From Intoshia linei (taxonomy: Eukaryota; Animalia; Orthonectida): a stretch of 64,000 nucleotides of DNA. The stretch lies in the NCBI GenBank assembly GCA_001642005.1, contig LWCA01000016.1:22896-86895 (forward strand), in the 5' to 3' direction. Of the stretch, positions 39,785-51,500 are shown piece after piece. The notes below the pieces were generated by a model, which ran no database searches, was not told where the DNA came from, and saw only the letters and a list, made by a program, of their open reading frames with translations. The translations under genes were made by a program, and so were the position numbers. How positions within the stretch are numbered: the stretch's first letter is position 1; each line of letters begins with the position of its first letter.

Positions 39785-41004
39785 TCCTTTACTTATATAC
39801 AATTGAATGTCTGTGTTACGGTTGATTTAAAAAATGAACAGTCGTAGAATTAAAAAAACCAAATTTCTAGTACAATTTTCTCCAGTGATGGCTATTATTA
39901 TTTTGTTTCTAATTTTCATTTTCCGAAATTGAGTCGTTCAGGAACAAAAACCTAATTGCCTTTTTTTAAAAAATATAATCAGCCAAAAATTTAAAAAACA
40001 TAAATTATAAGACGCTATTTAAAATCATTAAAATTGTCGTAATTATTACCTTTTGTTTTAAAAATTATAAATGTTTTAAAATTTTATAAAATTTATAAAT
40101 TTATTAATTCTGAAATAGTTTTTAAAATCATGAGGATTATCATACCTACAAAGATTGTATTTTCACGTTTAAAACGCCTGACCACCAGTTTTTGAAAAAT
40201 GAAAAGAGCCTTAGAATTAAATAAAAAAAAGAAAGATTATTCTGATTCAGCTTATTCCGTTTTTTTTATAGTTATAAAAAATTTAAAACTCAGAAATCAA
40301 CGCATTCCCGATTAAAAATAATTTTAAAAATATCAACTAATATTTTTCAAATGTCTGGATTAAAATTAAAAATAAAAAATATAAATATTCATCCTACAAT
40401 TTCAAAAAAAATGTCGATTGAACGTATAAATATTTGAAATACTTAATTATGAGTTTCAATCTCATAAATTGATTCATTATGTTTTTTATCAGTGCTACGC
40501 AGTTTCTCATTTGCAAAAACTTTCACTTTAATCTAAAGCAGTTCTTCTCAAAGGGGTCTACACAATATAACAGGGGATGTCCACAGTTAAAGGAATGTAT
40601 TATTTCAAGAATTAATTTAATATTATTAAGGAGAAAACACCAGTTGTGTTTAGTGGATTTAGTCTAAATCCAACTTCAAAAAAGAAAATCCCTTTTTTCA
40701 ATATTTTTTAAAAAATACACTTTTACCAAATTTAAAGAAAAAACCACTTTCTCACACAGTGTTTCCCAAGCGTGGGGCCAAGCCCCACTGGTTAAGCATG
40801 ACGAAATTTTTGGTGGGACATTGGAAATTTAGTGGGGATTACGACTTTTTGATGGGGCCTGGGAAATATTACAAATTTATAGGATTATGAAAATTTTAGA
40901 TTAATTTATTGTTAATTTTATACAATATTCTTAGGTTTATAAGTGGTTATGTGATACTTGAACCAATTAATTGTATTTCTAAAGTAGATAACAGTTAAGT
41001 AAGT
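39785..41004 (+). mobile_element. Diverged Helitron A (5' TC end; degenerate 3' end just past the MBOAT copy 1 stop)
   Basis: A|TCCTTTACTTATATA start; body is reverse-complementary to the minus-strand family; aagtagataacagttaagtaagt resembles the family end tagtacataacagtcaagctagt. Confidence 0.6.
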
Positions 41005-41021
41005 ACAAATCAGACAAAAAT

Positions 41022-42326
41022 TTACTGTTTATTAAAAACAAATATACATTTAAAAAGATAGGTACAACAAAAGAGTAAGCACCAAATAATTGGTATAAAA
41101 TAGTAAAGACTAGACCAAAATTGTAAAATACTTTGTGTGTTGATTGAAAGAACAGCTACAATACTAAAATCCAGAGAAATCTGTGTCAATATCCACATAA
41201 TAACTTTGAAAATTTTATTAAAAAGTAAATATTCATTTATACTGTGTTGAACAAAAAACAGTTTAAAAACATCAAAAATATAATCTTGAATAATGGTGGC
41301 AAAATAAATAAACATACCGCCAATGGTATAATGAACATTTGGTCCGTGCCAAATGATATTGAAAATTAAAATAATTGCTAAACTAAGCCGTTTATCAATA
41401 TTATTCAGATTAAATGGCTTGTAAACGGTCCGATACAATAATCGTTGCGTGTTTGTATTCCAAGTACGCATAATAAATCGCATCCGATAATTAAGCTTGA
41501 GAGGTATATAATCCATTCCATGGATCCATTGATTCTTTTCACCTGAAGCAACACCCATCAAATTCATACTCAATTCAACAATATAAAATCCTATATACAT
41601 TCTCAATTGAAAAATATTTGAAATGAGCATGCAATAAAAAACTCTGTAAATAAAACTTGTATTTTCGTATAAAGATGGAATAAAAAAATTATGGAATGAA
41701 TCAAAATAGAAAAGAAATGGTTGTGTAACAAGTATTGGCACAGCAATGTATTTGAAAATGTTGTAGTTGATGTGTGGTTTACTGGGGACATTGAATTGTA
41801 AAAATTCTGAATAATTGTAATGTGGAGAGAATAAACTACCAATGACACTAGTTTGAAAATAAAACAATTCAGACAAACATTCAATACGAGTTGTCCCTTG
41901 AGGAACTTTTTTTCCATACGTTTTTGAAATGCACGTGCCAGCACTAATCATTCTGCCACAGGTAATTAAAATAGAAAGGTATTGCAATGGAATATGCGAA
42001 TATACGCTATTAGTTTGATGCATCATAATTGACCAAAATAGGGACCATATAAAAACAATAGGGTGAATGTTTTTTCGAAAACAACTTTTTTCGTCCATAA
42101 ATTTCATTATAACATGAATCAATAAAATATTCACCAATGGACCGCATATAAATCTAAACGCCGCTTCATACCAAATTATTGGCAAAAATATTAAATATAT
42201 TACAGAATAAAGTTGTTTTTTGTGTCTACTTCCAATCGAAATGTATAAAAGTAATAAGTAGAATGACGACCAAATTCCCAAAATAATATCACCCTTGTTT
42301 TGAACATAAAAATTAAACAAATCCAT
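41022..42326 (-). CDS. MBOAT family acyltransferase (MBOAT7/LPCAT3-like), intronless, copy 1
   Basis: 434-aa multi-TM ORF with WNTNTQRLLYRTVYK and IWHG (catalytic His). Confidence 0.85.
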   Translation of the reverse strand: MDLFNFYVQNKGDIILGIWSSFYLLLLYISIGSRHKKQLYSVIYLIFLPIIWYEAAFRFICGPLVNILLIHVIMKFMDEKSCFRKNIHPIVFIWSLFWSIMMHQTNSVYSHIPLQYLSILITCGRMISAGTCISKTYGKKVPQGTTRIECLSELFYFQTSVIGSLFSPHYNYSEFLQFNVPSKPHINYNIFKYIAVPILVTQPFLFYFDSFHNFFIPSLYENTSFIYRVFYCMLISNIFQLRMYIGFYIVELSMNLMGVASGEKNQWIHGMDYIPLKLNYRMRFIMRTWNTNTQRLLYRTVYKPFNLNNIDKRLSLAIILIFNIIWHGPNVHYTIGGMFIYFATIIQDYIFDVFKLFFVQHSINEYLLFNKIFKVIMWILTQISLDFSIVAVLSINTQSILQFWSSLYYFIPIIWCLLFCCTYLFKCIFVFNKQ

Positions 42327-42451
42327 AAGGAAATATAATTTCTCTATAAATATTTAAATCAAATAAATATTAGTTCGTTTTAATCTTTGGCAATTCACTG
42401 GTGATATTTCAAGTTAAATATTTACATACATTTATTAGAATTTATATATTG

Positions 42452-45365
42452 TCCTTTACTTTCATAAAATTGAATTTCTGTTTGTGTTATCGTATATTTA
42501 TAAAAAATTAACAGTGGCAGAATTAAAAAATCCAATTTTAATTGTTTTCCTCAGTGGATATTGATATGTATAATATACATTTGTATATATTTGATTTGAT
42601 ATTTGTATGTTTTATTTTCCGAATTTGAGTCCTTCAAGGTCAAAAACAGAATTTGGTCTCATTTAAAAATAAAATCAACCCAAAAATTTAATAAATTATA
42701 AATACTGGACGCGTTTTAAAATGATTAACATTGTCGTAAATCTCAGCCTCAGAAACGACACCTTCATGATCAAAACCACAAATTACACTGTTTTAAAAAT
42801 TAAACATCTAAAATTTAATAAAACTTAAATTCTGAGATATTCTTTAAAAGCATAAGCCTAAAAAGTGCATTTTCATGACCAAAACCCGAATTTCCGTTTT
42901 TTTTAAAAATGAAAATCTTTCTACAGTGAATCTCATATATTTTTCTATTGGTTTATTTATGCCATTTTTGTAATTTTTAATAATATTTAGAACTGCACAT
43001 CTGGAAATACTTAAATAATTATAAAAACCTGACTTATTTATTCCCTGAATTAAAACACGACATTGTATTTTTTTCGTCACTTATTCGCGTCATTCACTAA
43101 ACAAATAGATATATTTAATTTATAGATTATAAATAATTAGTAATTTATTAAATTTTAGTTTTTATTGATATTTAATTAACCATTAGACAACAAAATTCAA
43201 ATATATGCGACAGAAAAATGTCATGCTTAGTGCATTTCAATTGTTATATTCACGTTTGGCAATATTTTCTATCTGAAATATGTTAAGTACATTATGAGCG
43301 GGTTTAACATGAATTTAATTTTTGACATTTATATTTGAGCAAATTTATCATCTGTGTATTTCATGTAAAAAAACAATCAAAATGTCCAAGGCAGTGGTTC
43401 CTAAAGTGGTACACAGGGAATTCGAGGTGGTCCCGGACTACTGGTTGACAAGAAAATTTTTATATAAAATGAAAATAACATTTTTTTAACAATAATATTA
43501 GATTAGAATATTATTCATTATTGATCATTTATTATTATTATTATTAGTGAATTTAAATATCATTTTACCAAAATTAAGTGAAATTTTACCGAATAAAGTG
43601 AATAATTTTCACGTGCGTTAAATTTATTATCTGTAACGATTTAACTTATTTCGATAGTAGTTCCCAGAACCGAACCGATCAAGCTCGTGGTCAGTCCTAA
43701 AATGAAAAATAGCCCCTAAAAATTTTGTTACTTGTTTGATTTTCAAAAAAAAGGACAATTGGGGTTTTTGACCCGTAAGATGTGAGTTTGGAAGGTTCAA
43801 ATTAAGTTTGCGAACATCCTCGGAAAAATCTGTAATTGAAATGTGGACTTTATAATATTTGAAGACTGGTAGTTATTGAAATAAACGGGAACACACACAC
43901 AGACAAATATTGCATAGCATATTACAGATAAACCGTGCAAAATAAACTGGCACTTGTTAAAAAATATTACTTCTTCATAAAATATTACATAAAAACAACA
44001 ATAAAATAATTGGTCAAAGATATTTTCAAATATAAAAAATTCTTTACAAAGATGTTAGCAAAATAACAACGTATGACTAGGAATTGGAACAGACTCAAAA
44101 AATCAGAGTCGACTATGACTATATTTTTACACTTACATTCAAATTAGCCAGTGAAAATTATAACATTAAAAATTGTTTCATCGCGTTTATGTGAATAATT
44201 CAAAGACTTAATCCAAATTTTACCCTTTTGACAAGGATATATAATTATATATTTTTATAACTTTAATTATAATACAAGTTGGTGCCAATAGTTTATAATG
44301 GCTAATTTCTTAAGATTTAAATCAAATATTCCTGATGCTAAAATAATGTCAATTAAAAATCATAAGAAGTAAAGTAATATTCATATCATATTATTATGAT
44401 AAAATGAATATATATGTGAATAAAATTATAGAATTAAAATTAAATTAAAGTAAATTAAAATTAATAGAATTAAGTGACTACTTTTTAAATTATTAATGTT
44501 TTTAATGTTTGCATAATAACTTGGAACGCAGTGTATATGTGAATGAAAATTGAACGAGAAAATTTATTACTAAATTCATTCATAAATATACTAATTTCTA
44601 TTTTTTATGACAAAATGGTGCCTTAGAAAATAAAACTTGTCAATTGTCATCTTGATTTGGCTGCAAACAAGCATAGAGCTGAATAAGATCACTCTGATTA
44701 ATTAATTTTAATCAAATAGTTACCAAATAAAAAAATGAATCCCAAAGTGCTTTTTTGACCGTGAAGACGTCACTTTGTGAAATTAAAAATTTTTGTGTGT
44801 ATTAACTAGAGTTAACTGCATGTTCTGTAATTTTTTTAAAAATTCTAGGATTATTTTCATTTTCTAACAAAAAGGGCAATATGGTGTTTTGATAGTGAAA
44901 ATTAATTTTTTGAAAATTGCAATTTATAATAATTCTTATGATTTGAAAAATATAACAGGTTGTATGTTTTATAAAATTCTATAAAGGTTTTTTCATTTTT
45001 AAAATAAAAGGGTGATTTGTGGTTTTGACCATGAAGATATTTGGGATATACCTTTTGAAAATTATAATTTATGATAATGCTCGTGATTTTAAAATCTGTA
45101 TAAAATCGTTTGATTTATAAAAAAAGATAATTGGGTTTTTGACAGGAACAAGTGATGTTCAAATATTTGCCGAGTCGATTCCGAAACTTAAGTGTGACTA
45201 ATCAAATTTAAATTTAATATGAAATGACCGGTCAATGGTAAAACAACTTTTGAACCACTGCTTTAAAGGTGGTTTTTAATTTAATTTAACTAAATTTGTT
45301 GAATTAAAGAAGTCTCCTCGCCAGAGCTAGGTACTGTTTGTACAAAGTAGATAATAGTCCAATAT
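42452..45365 (+). mobile_element. Diverged Helitron B with nested insertions
   Basis: TCCTTTACTT start homologous to 39785. 3' remnant ctcgccagagctaggtactgtttgtacaaagtagataatagtc at 45317-45360. Nested minus-strand Helitron (~43735-43925) and hAT pieces. Confidence 0.55.
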
Positions 45366-45384
45366 TTACAAATCAGACAAAAAT

Positions 45385-46686
45385 TTACTGTTTATTAAAA
45401 ACAAATATACATTTAAAAAGATAGGTACAACAAAAGAGTAAGCACCAAATAATTGGTATAAAATAGTAAAGACTAGACCAAAATTGTAAAATACTTTGTG
45501 TGTTGATTGAAAGAACAACTACAATACTAAAATCCATCGAAATCTGTGTCAATATCCACATAATAACTTTGAAAATTTTATTGAAAAGTGAACATTCATT
45601 TATACTGTGTTGAACAGAAAACAGTTTAAAAAAATCAAAAATATAATCTTGAATAATGGTGGCAAAACAAATAAACATACCACCAATCGTATAATGAACA
45701 TTTGGTCCGTGCCAAATAATATTGAAAATTAACATAATTGCCATGCTAAGCCGTTTATCAATATTATTCAGATTAAATGGCTTGTAAACGGTCCGATACA
45801 ATAACCGTTGAGTGTTTGTGTTCCAAGTACGCATAATAAATCGCGTCCGATAATTAAGTTTGAGAGGTATGTAATCCATTCCATGGATCCATTGATTCTT
45901 TTCACATGAAGCAACACCCATCAAATTCATACTCAATTCAGCAATATAAAATCCTATATACATTCTCAATTGAAAAATATTTGAAATGAGCATGCAATAA
46001 AAAACTCTGTAAATAAAACTAGTATTCTCGAATATAGATGGATTAAAAAAATTATCGAATGAGACTAAAGAAAGAAATGATTGTGTAACAAGTATTGGCA
46101 CAGCAATGTATTTGAAAATGTTGTAGTTGATGTGTGGTTTACTGGGGACATTGAATTGTAAAAATTCTGAATAATTGTAATGTGGAGAGAATAAACTACC
46201 AATGACACTAGTTTGAAAATAAAACAATTCAGACAAACATTCAATATGAGTTGTCCCTTGAGGGGCTTTTTTTCCATACGTTTTTGAAATGCATGTGCCA
46301 GCACTAATCATTCTACCACAAGTAATTAAAATAGACAGGTATTGCAATGGAATATGCGAATATACGCTATTAGTTTGATGCATCATAATTGACCAAGATA
46401 TGGACCATATAAAAACAATAGGGTAAATGTTTTTCCGAAAACAACTTTTGTCGTTCATAAACTTCATTATGATGTGAATCAATAAAATATTCACTAATGG
46501 ACCGCATATAAATCTAAACGCCGCTTCATACCAAATTATTGGCAAAATTATTAAATATATTACAGAATAAAGTTGTTTCTTGTGTCTACTTTCAATCGAA
46601 ATGTATAAAAGTAGAAAATAGAGTGACGACCAAAATCCATGAATAATTTCACCTCTGTTTGGAACATAAAAATTGGACAAATCCAT
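45385..46686 (-). CDS. MBOAT family acyltransferase, intronless, copy 2
   Basis: 433-aa ORF highly similar to copy 1, with the same WN and WHG motifs. Confidence 0.85.
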   Translation of the reverse strand: MDLSNFYVPNRGEIIHGFWSSLYFLLLYISIESRHKKQLYSVIYLIILPIIWYEAAFRFICGPLVNILLIHIIMKFMNDKSCFRKNIYPIVFIWSISWSIMMHQTNSVYSHIPLQYLSILITCGRMISAGTCISKTYGKKAPQGTTHIECLSELFYFQTSVIGSLFSPHYNYSEFLQFNVPSKPHINYNIFKYIAVPILVTQSFLSLVSFDNFFNPSIFENTSFIYRVFYCMLISNIFQLRMYIGFYIAELSMNLMGVASCEKNQWIHGMDYIPLKLNYRTRFIMRTWNTNTQRLLYRTVYKPFNLNNIDKRLSMAIMLIFNIIWHGPNVHYTIGGMFICFATIIQDYIFDFFKLFSVQHSINECSLFNKIFKVIMWILTQISMDFSIVVVLSINTQSILQFWSSLYYFIPIIWCLLFCCTYLFKCIFVFNKQ

Positions 46687-48587
46687 AGGGAATTATAACC
46701 ACAATATAAATGTTTCAATAAAATGAAATTTATTACGTCTTAATCTGGCAATATACTGACTGTTCTATTTCAAAGATAAATATTTGCTGAAATTTGATTA
46801 CCTCATTTAGAATTAAAATTAATAAGTAATATCATTAATAAAAGTGCTTCTTAGATAGAGCATGTGGACTCCTATGGTTCACTGTTAAAATAATGTATTA
46901 ATTTAATCTTATTAAGGATAAGCACCACTAAATCCAACTTTAAAAGTGAATTCAAATTTATCTACCCTTAAGGGAAAAATGCACTTTGAATTATTTGAAA
47001 AATATGTTTTTACCAAACCTGACAGGAAAAAACCAATGTAAAATTGTAATTATAAATAAATCATAAAAAATATTTAAAAAAAAAATGTAAAACAGAAATT
47101 TTGTGTACGTGATGTTATTATTAGTGCATTAAAGTAGAAATCTTATGTTATAAGTCAAGGGTTCCCACACTTTTTTAATGGCGGGCCTGTAATAAATTAT
47201 AAAATTTATCGCTTATTATTAAAGCGAAATTACTAGCCAATATTACTAAAAATTTTAATAATAATCGTAATAATTTGACTTTTAATTAGTAAAATTTTTC
47301 TTGACTTGAAGATTGTTAATAATATTTCGAGTTATAACTGTACTAAGTTTACTAACCCATTATACATTTTTTGATATTTTCAATAAACTTCCTGATAAGG
47401 GGGTTTGATGCCCGATTAAATGAAAAAATTTGTTATTCAATCATTTACACAAATTATTCGTTATAGGAAAATTATCAGTATAAATTGTCAGTAGGATTAT
47501 ATTATTTTCATGTACTTTGTACCATACATAAGTACGTAATTATAATTATTATCATATTTATATTATATATATATAATAATCGTCACTCGATTATCACGGC
47601 TACCATTGAAATATTAATATTATACAAATTCTATAATATTGACTATTCCCTTGTTCGGTTGGCGATGGCATTTTAAATGGAATCGAATTATTTTTTTGCC
47701 TAATGGATGAACGTTTTAACTAATATTCGTCAATTAATTTTCAGGGTTACCATTAAAATATTTATATTATAGATTTCCCTTGCTCAGGTGCCAAAAAAAA
47801 ATGAATCGAATCAAATTAATTTTTTCAATTTTAAATTTAAAAATATTTCACGATAGATAACAGTATTATACATTAATATTATTATTAATATCACAATATG
47901 TAAGTGATATTTAAACTTAACTTTTCATCTTGTACATTTCTACGTAATATAATTTTATTTTTTTATACCATGGTGTAAATTTCTTTAATACGCATTTTTT
48001 TACTTAAAAAAAATCCAAAGAAATGAATTATATAGATTTTCACCCATATTTCTTTATTGGAAATGCGTAGACGCTCAATGCACATTTTTTTTGAAATTGT
48101 AGAATCAATATTTACATTTTCAATTTTTGATTTTTAATTCTCCGAGTTTTAGTTCCTTGCCTACTTTTCAGAACCACTACTATACAAAATATCAAATGTT
48201 CTAATATCAGTAATTTATCTTAAAAAACATACAATGTAATTAATGTGTCTTTAAACATGTGGCACTATAATGATTATAAATAATTATGATAGAAAAAAAC
48301 TAGAACCAATGATCTGTCAATCACATTGTATCAATTTGATTTAAATATTAAATTAAAACGATAAAAATTAATCCAGTTCAAAAACCTCGAGAACTAAATT
48401 AAATGGCCTAATCGTGACTATACTTTCATTAAATAAACTAAATTATAGGTAACCTACATAGAAAACGATACACATGAAAAAATCGTTGTCAACTAGTTAT
48501 AAATATGAGGTATTTTATCATTGTCATATTTAATTAAGGATATATTTGCTTGGTTTTATTTGACGATTGCAATCATTTTAAATATTA

Positions 48588-51500
48588 ATGTCTGGTTAGA
48601 TTTGTATTTGGTAAATCAAAACCAATTTTTAGGTTTATTAAAAGAAAAACAATATGATTGGAAAGACACCAACATGTCTTTATTTGGTAGTAAGGTAGAT
48701 AAATTACTAAAAAGTAATAAAAAATAAAAATACACCAAATATACAAAATCAATATAGAAAAATCAGCAAAAACAGAACCAGCTTGGAACGGAATTGAAGG
48801 AAAAATGGGTACTACTGTATGGCGAATAAATGTAATGATAAATATTTAAATTTTATAAAATTTAATCATAAAATATTACATTTTTATAAAATTATTTTTT
48901 ATTACTATTGGGTCCTTTTCGCCTTCCTCCAAAACTTAAACTGACATTTCCAAATCTTCTGTTGTATTGGATTCGTCTTTTAGCGCGACCAGTTTTTTTT
49001 CGAGGTTTTTCTTGCTTATCAATCTAAATTATATTGTTCTACATGTACTGTATATTAATATATAGTTTATACTACAAATGTTATAATAAACTTTAATACC
49101 TTTGGCGTTGAACTTTTTACTTTTCCGGCAGAAGCCAAAGATCCGTGGACTTTACCACCACGTAAACGAAAATTGACAGTTAGTGTAGCATTGTTAAGAC
49201 AATTTAATACCAAAGCTTCACTGTCATCTATCACGCGACCAGAACTTGATAAATAATAGTCATTAAAATCCAAGTCGTGGGTTAATTTTAAATAATCCTA
49301 AAATATAATTAACAATTATATTGCGCATAAAAAATGAATGACAAATTATAGTTAATAAATTAAATATAGTGAACACCCAAAATAATTTCATTACCAATGA
49401 ACAAAAAAAAAATTAAAAAAAACTAAGTAAAAATGAACTTTATGTGTATGTCTTTATTTGGTATAAGCTGGATCAGTCCACGTTAGATCTGCACAGCTAC
49501 TAAAAAATTAAAACTTATTTTTGATGGTTCCATTGTTTGTGTAACCATGGATATCATCATAGCGTTGAAAAAGAAACACTTTAAAAAAATAATATCCGCT
49601 CAATCTTTCTGTACAGAATAATAAAAAGCTTGTCTTAACTATTTGTATTAATTTTGATGATATTTTTTATGATCATATTAATGTAGACCAAAGCCACACA
49701 ATGTATTTATATAGATCAGTTATTCTAAACCGTTTTTTTGGTTAGGCACATTTGCAAGTAATTTAAAAAAATTGGTGTATAAGCAGATAAAAAATAGTAA
49801 ATATTGTATGTTTGGGTACTTATTGAAAATCTTTGGTATTTTTTAAAACGACAAACTGCAAATTTAAGATAAAAAGTAGTTTTATCGGTAAAAAAATATA
49901 AAAATAATAACATTTAATGTAAGATCCTAAGTGATCTAGTATACTGCTTTTTTCTATTCTCGCTGGGCATAATGTTCATCATATCGAAATGTAAGTGTAA
50001 TTTTCAATGTTACGAAAAAATTTAAATAACTTTAAAAGTTTGAATGGATTAAAAATAAAATTCTTGAAAAACAATCAAATTTTTAATTAAATAAATATTA
50101 TTTAATAAATACAATATACCTTGACATCGCGAGCGCTAGAATATTTATTTGCTTGAAAAGCACAGGTTAAACTTAAAGTAGAAATAATATATTGCATTCT
50201 CGTTCAATTTACGATAAACTGTTTATAATTAGGTTACTATGGAATTATTTTTAAATTATAATTATTTATTTTTTTAGATTTAGATTTATTTTGTTATTGG
50301 TGTTACGGTAACAATGCTACCGTATTTATACGAATATAACTTTTTTTGATTTCTGTATTGTGTAAATTTTGTCAATGTGTCGTAGGGATGTGACAAAATT
50401 TCAAAAATTAAGTGCAGGATCGAAAAAAGTTAAGTAATTAAGAATTAAAAATGACAATACAAAAAAATATATTTAAATTAGATAAAAATTTGCGAAGACG
50501 TTTGATATTTTAAAGATCTCATACAAAAATGTTCTACAAAAACTTCAATATAACTTTATTTGTTGAAATGTTACCATCGAATGTGTTAGTTATGTTTTGA
50601 GGGGTAGTGTATTTATCGTCATGTTTGGTTGTTCACTTTGCATATTTAAATTCAATTCTAACTATAGTTTACTTTTTATTTTATTGATATTATCATTTTT
50701 CATTGTAAAAATTTTAACAAAACAAAAATAAATAAGGTAGAATTGAATTTAAAGATGCAAAGTGAACATCCAAACATGACAATTAACACAAGATCATTCA
50801 AAACATACCTACAGATTATGTAGTACAGGATCTCATCATAACATTGCACTAGATAGTTATATTTTAGTGTTTGTATGAAATTTTTAAAATAGCTAGCGGC
50901 TCCGCAAAAAATTATCTAAAATCATTTTTTTAGTGTAGCCAAAAAACTGTTATACGCGACTTTATCCCTTCCTGCACCATAAAATTTCCAAAAAAACTAC
51001 TAGAATTCACACCCATAATGTGTAGTTACTATATTTGCTTTATGTTGATTCAACAGTAATGAATCAACTGATCTTGAATGATCAATTCTTGATCAAGACA
51101 AAACAATAGTTTATAAAATGAATTTAACTTTATATCTGGCAACTCTGATTCGACATTGTTGAATGATTTAACTTGGATCATTAATTTGATGAAATATTTA
51201 TCGGTTTCACATACACTGATTCATATATGAATCATTCAAAAATTTCAAATAAATGAAATGGTTTATATAGGGCGTCTACTTAAATCCAATCATTTTTACG
51301 AAATCTCATTATTTTTCTAAAAATTAAAATTTACGAACGCTAAAAGGGAAAATCAATTTTACCAACCCATTGGAAATTTGATTTTTCCGTAAGGGTTCGC
51401 ATTTGCTTAAAAGTTGATCATTACTTGAGAGTTCAGTTTTATCAAGAAAAATTAATCTGGTAAAATTTTTAAATTTATGATATTTTTAGAAATTCAAGGT

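Noticed and set aside
48505-48610. Alternative gelsolin start with an 11-nt micro-exon (MRFVFG)
   Set aside because: ATG 48588 gives the family-typical MSGL start with a single 38-nt intron.
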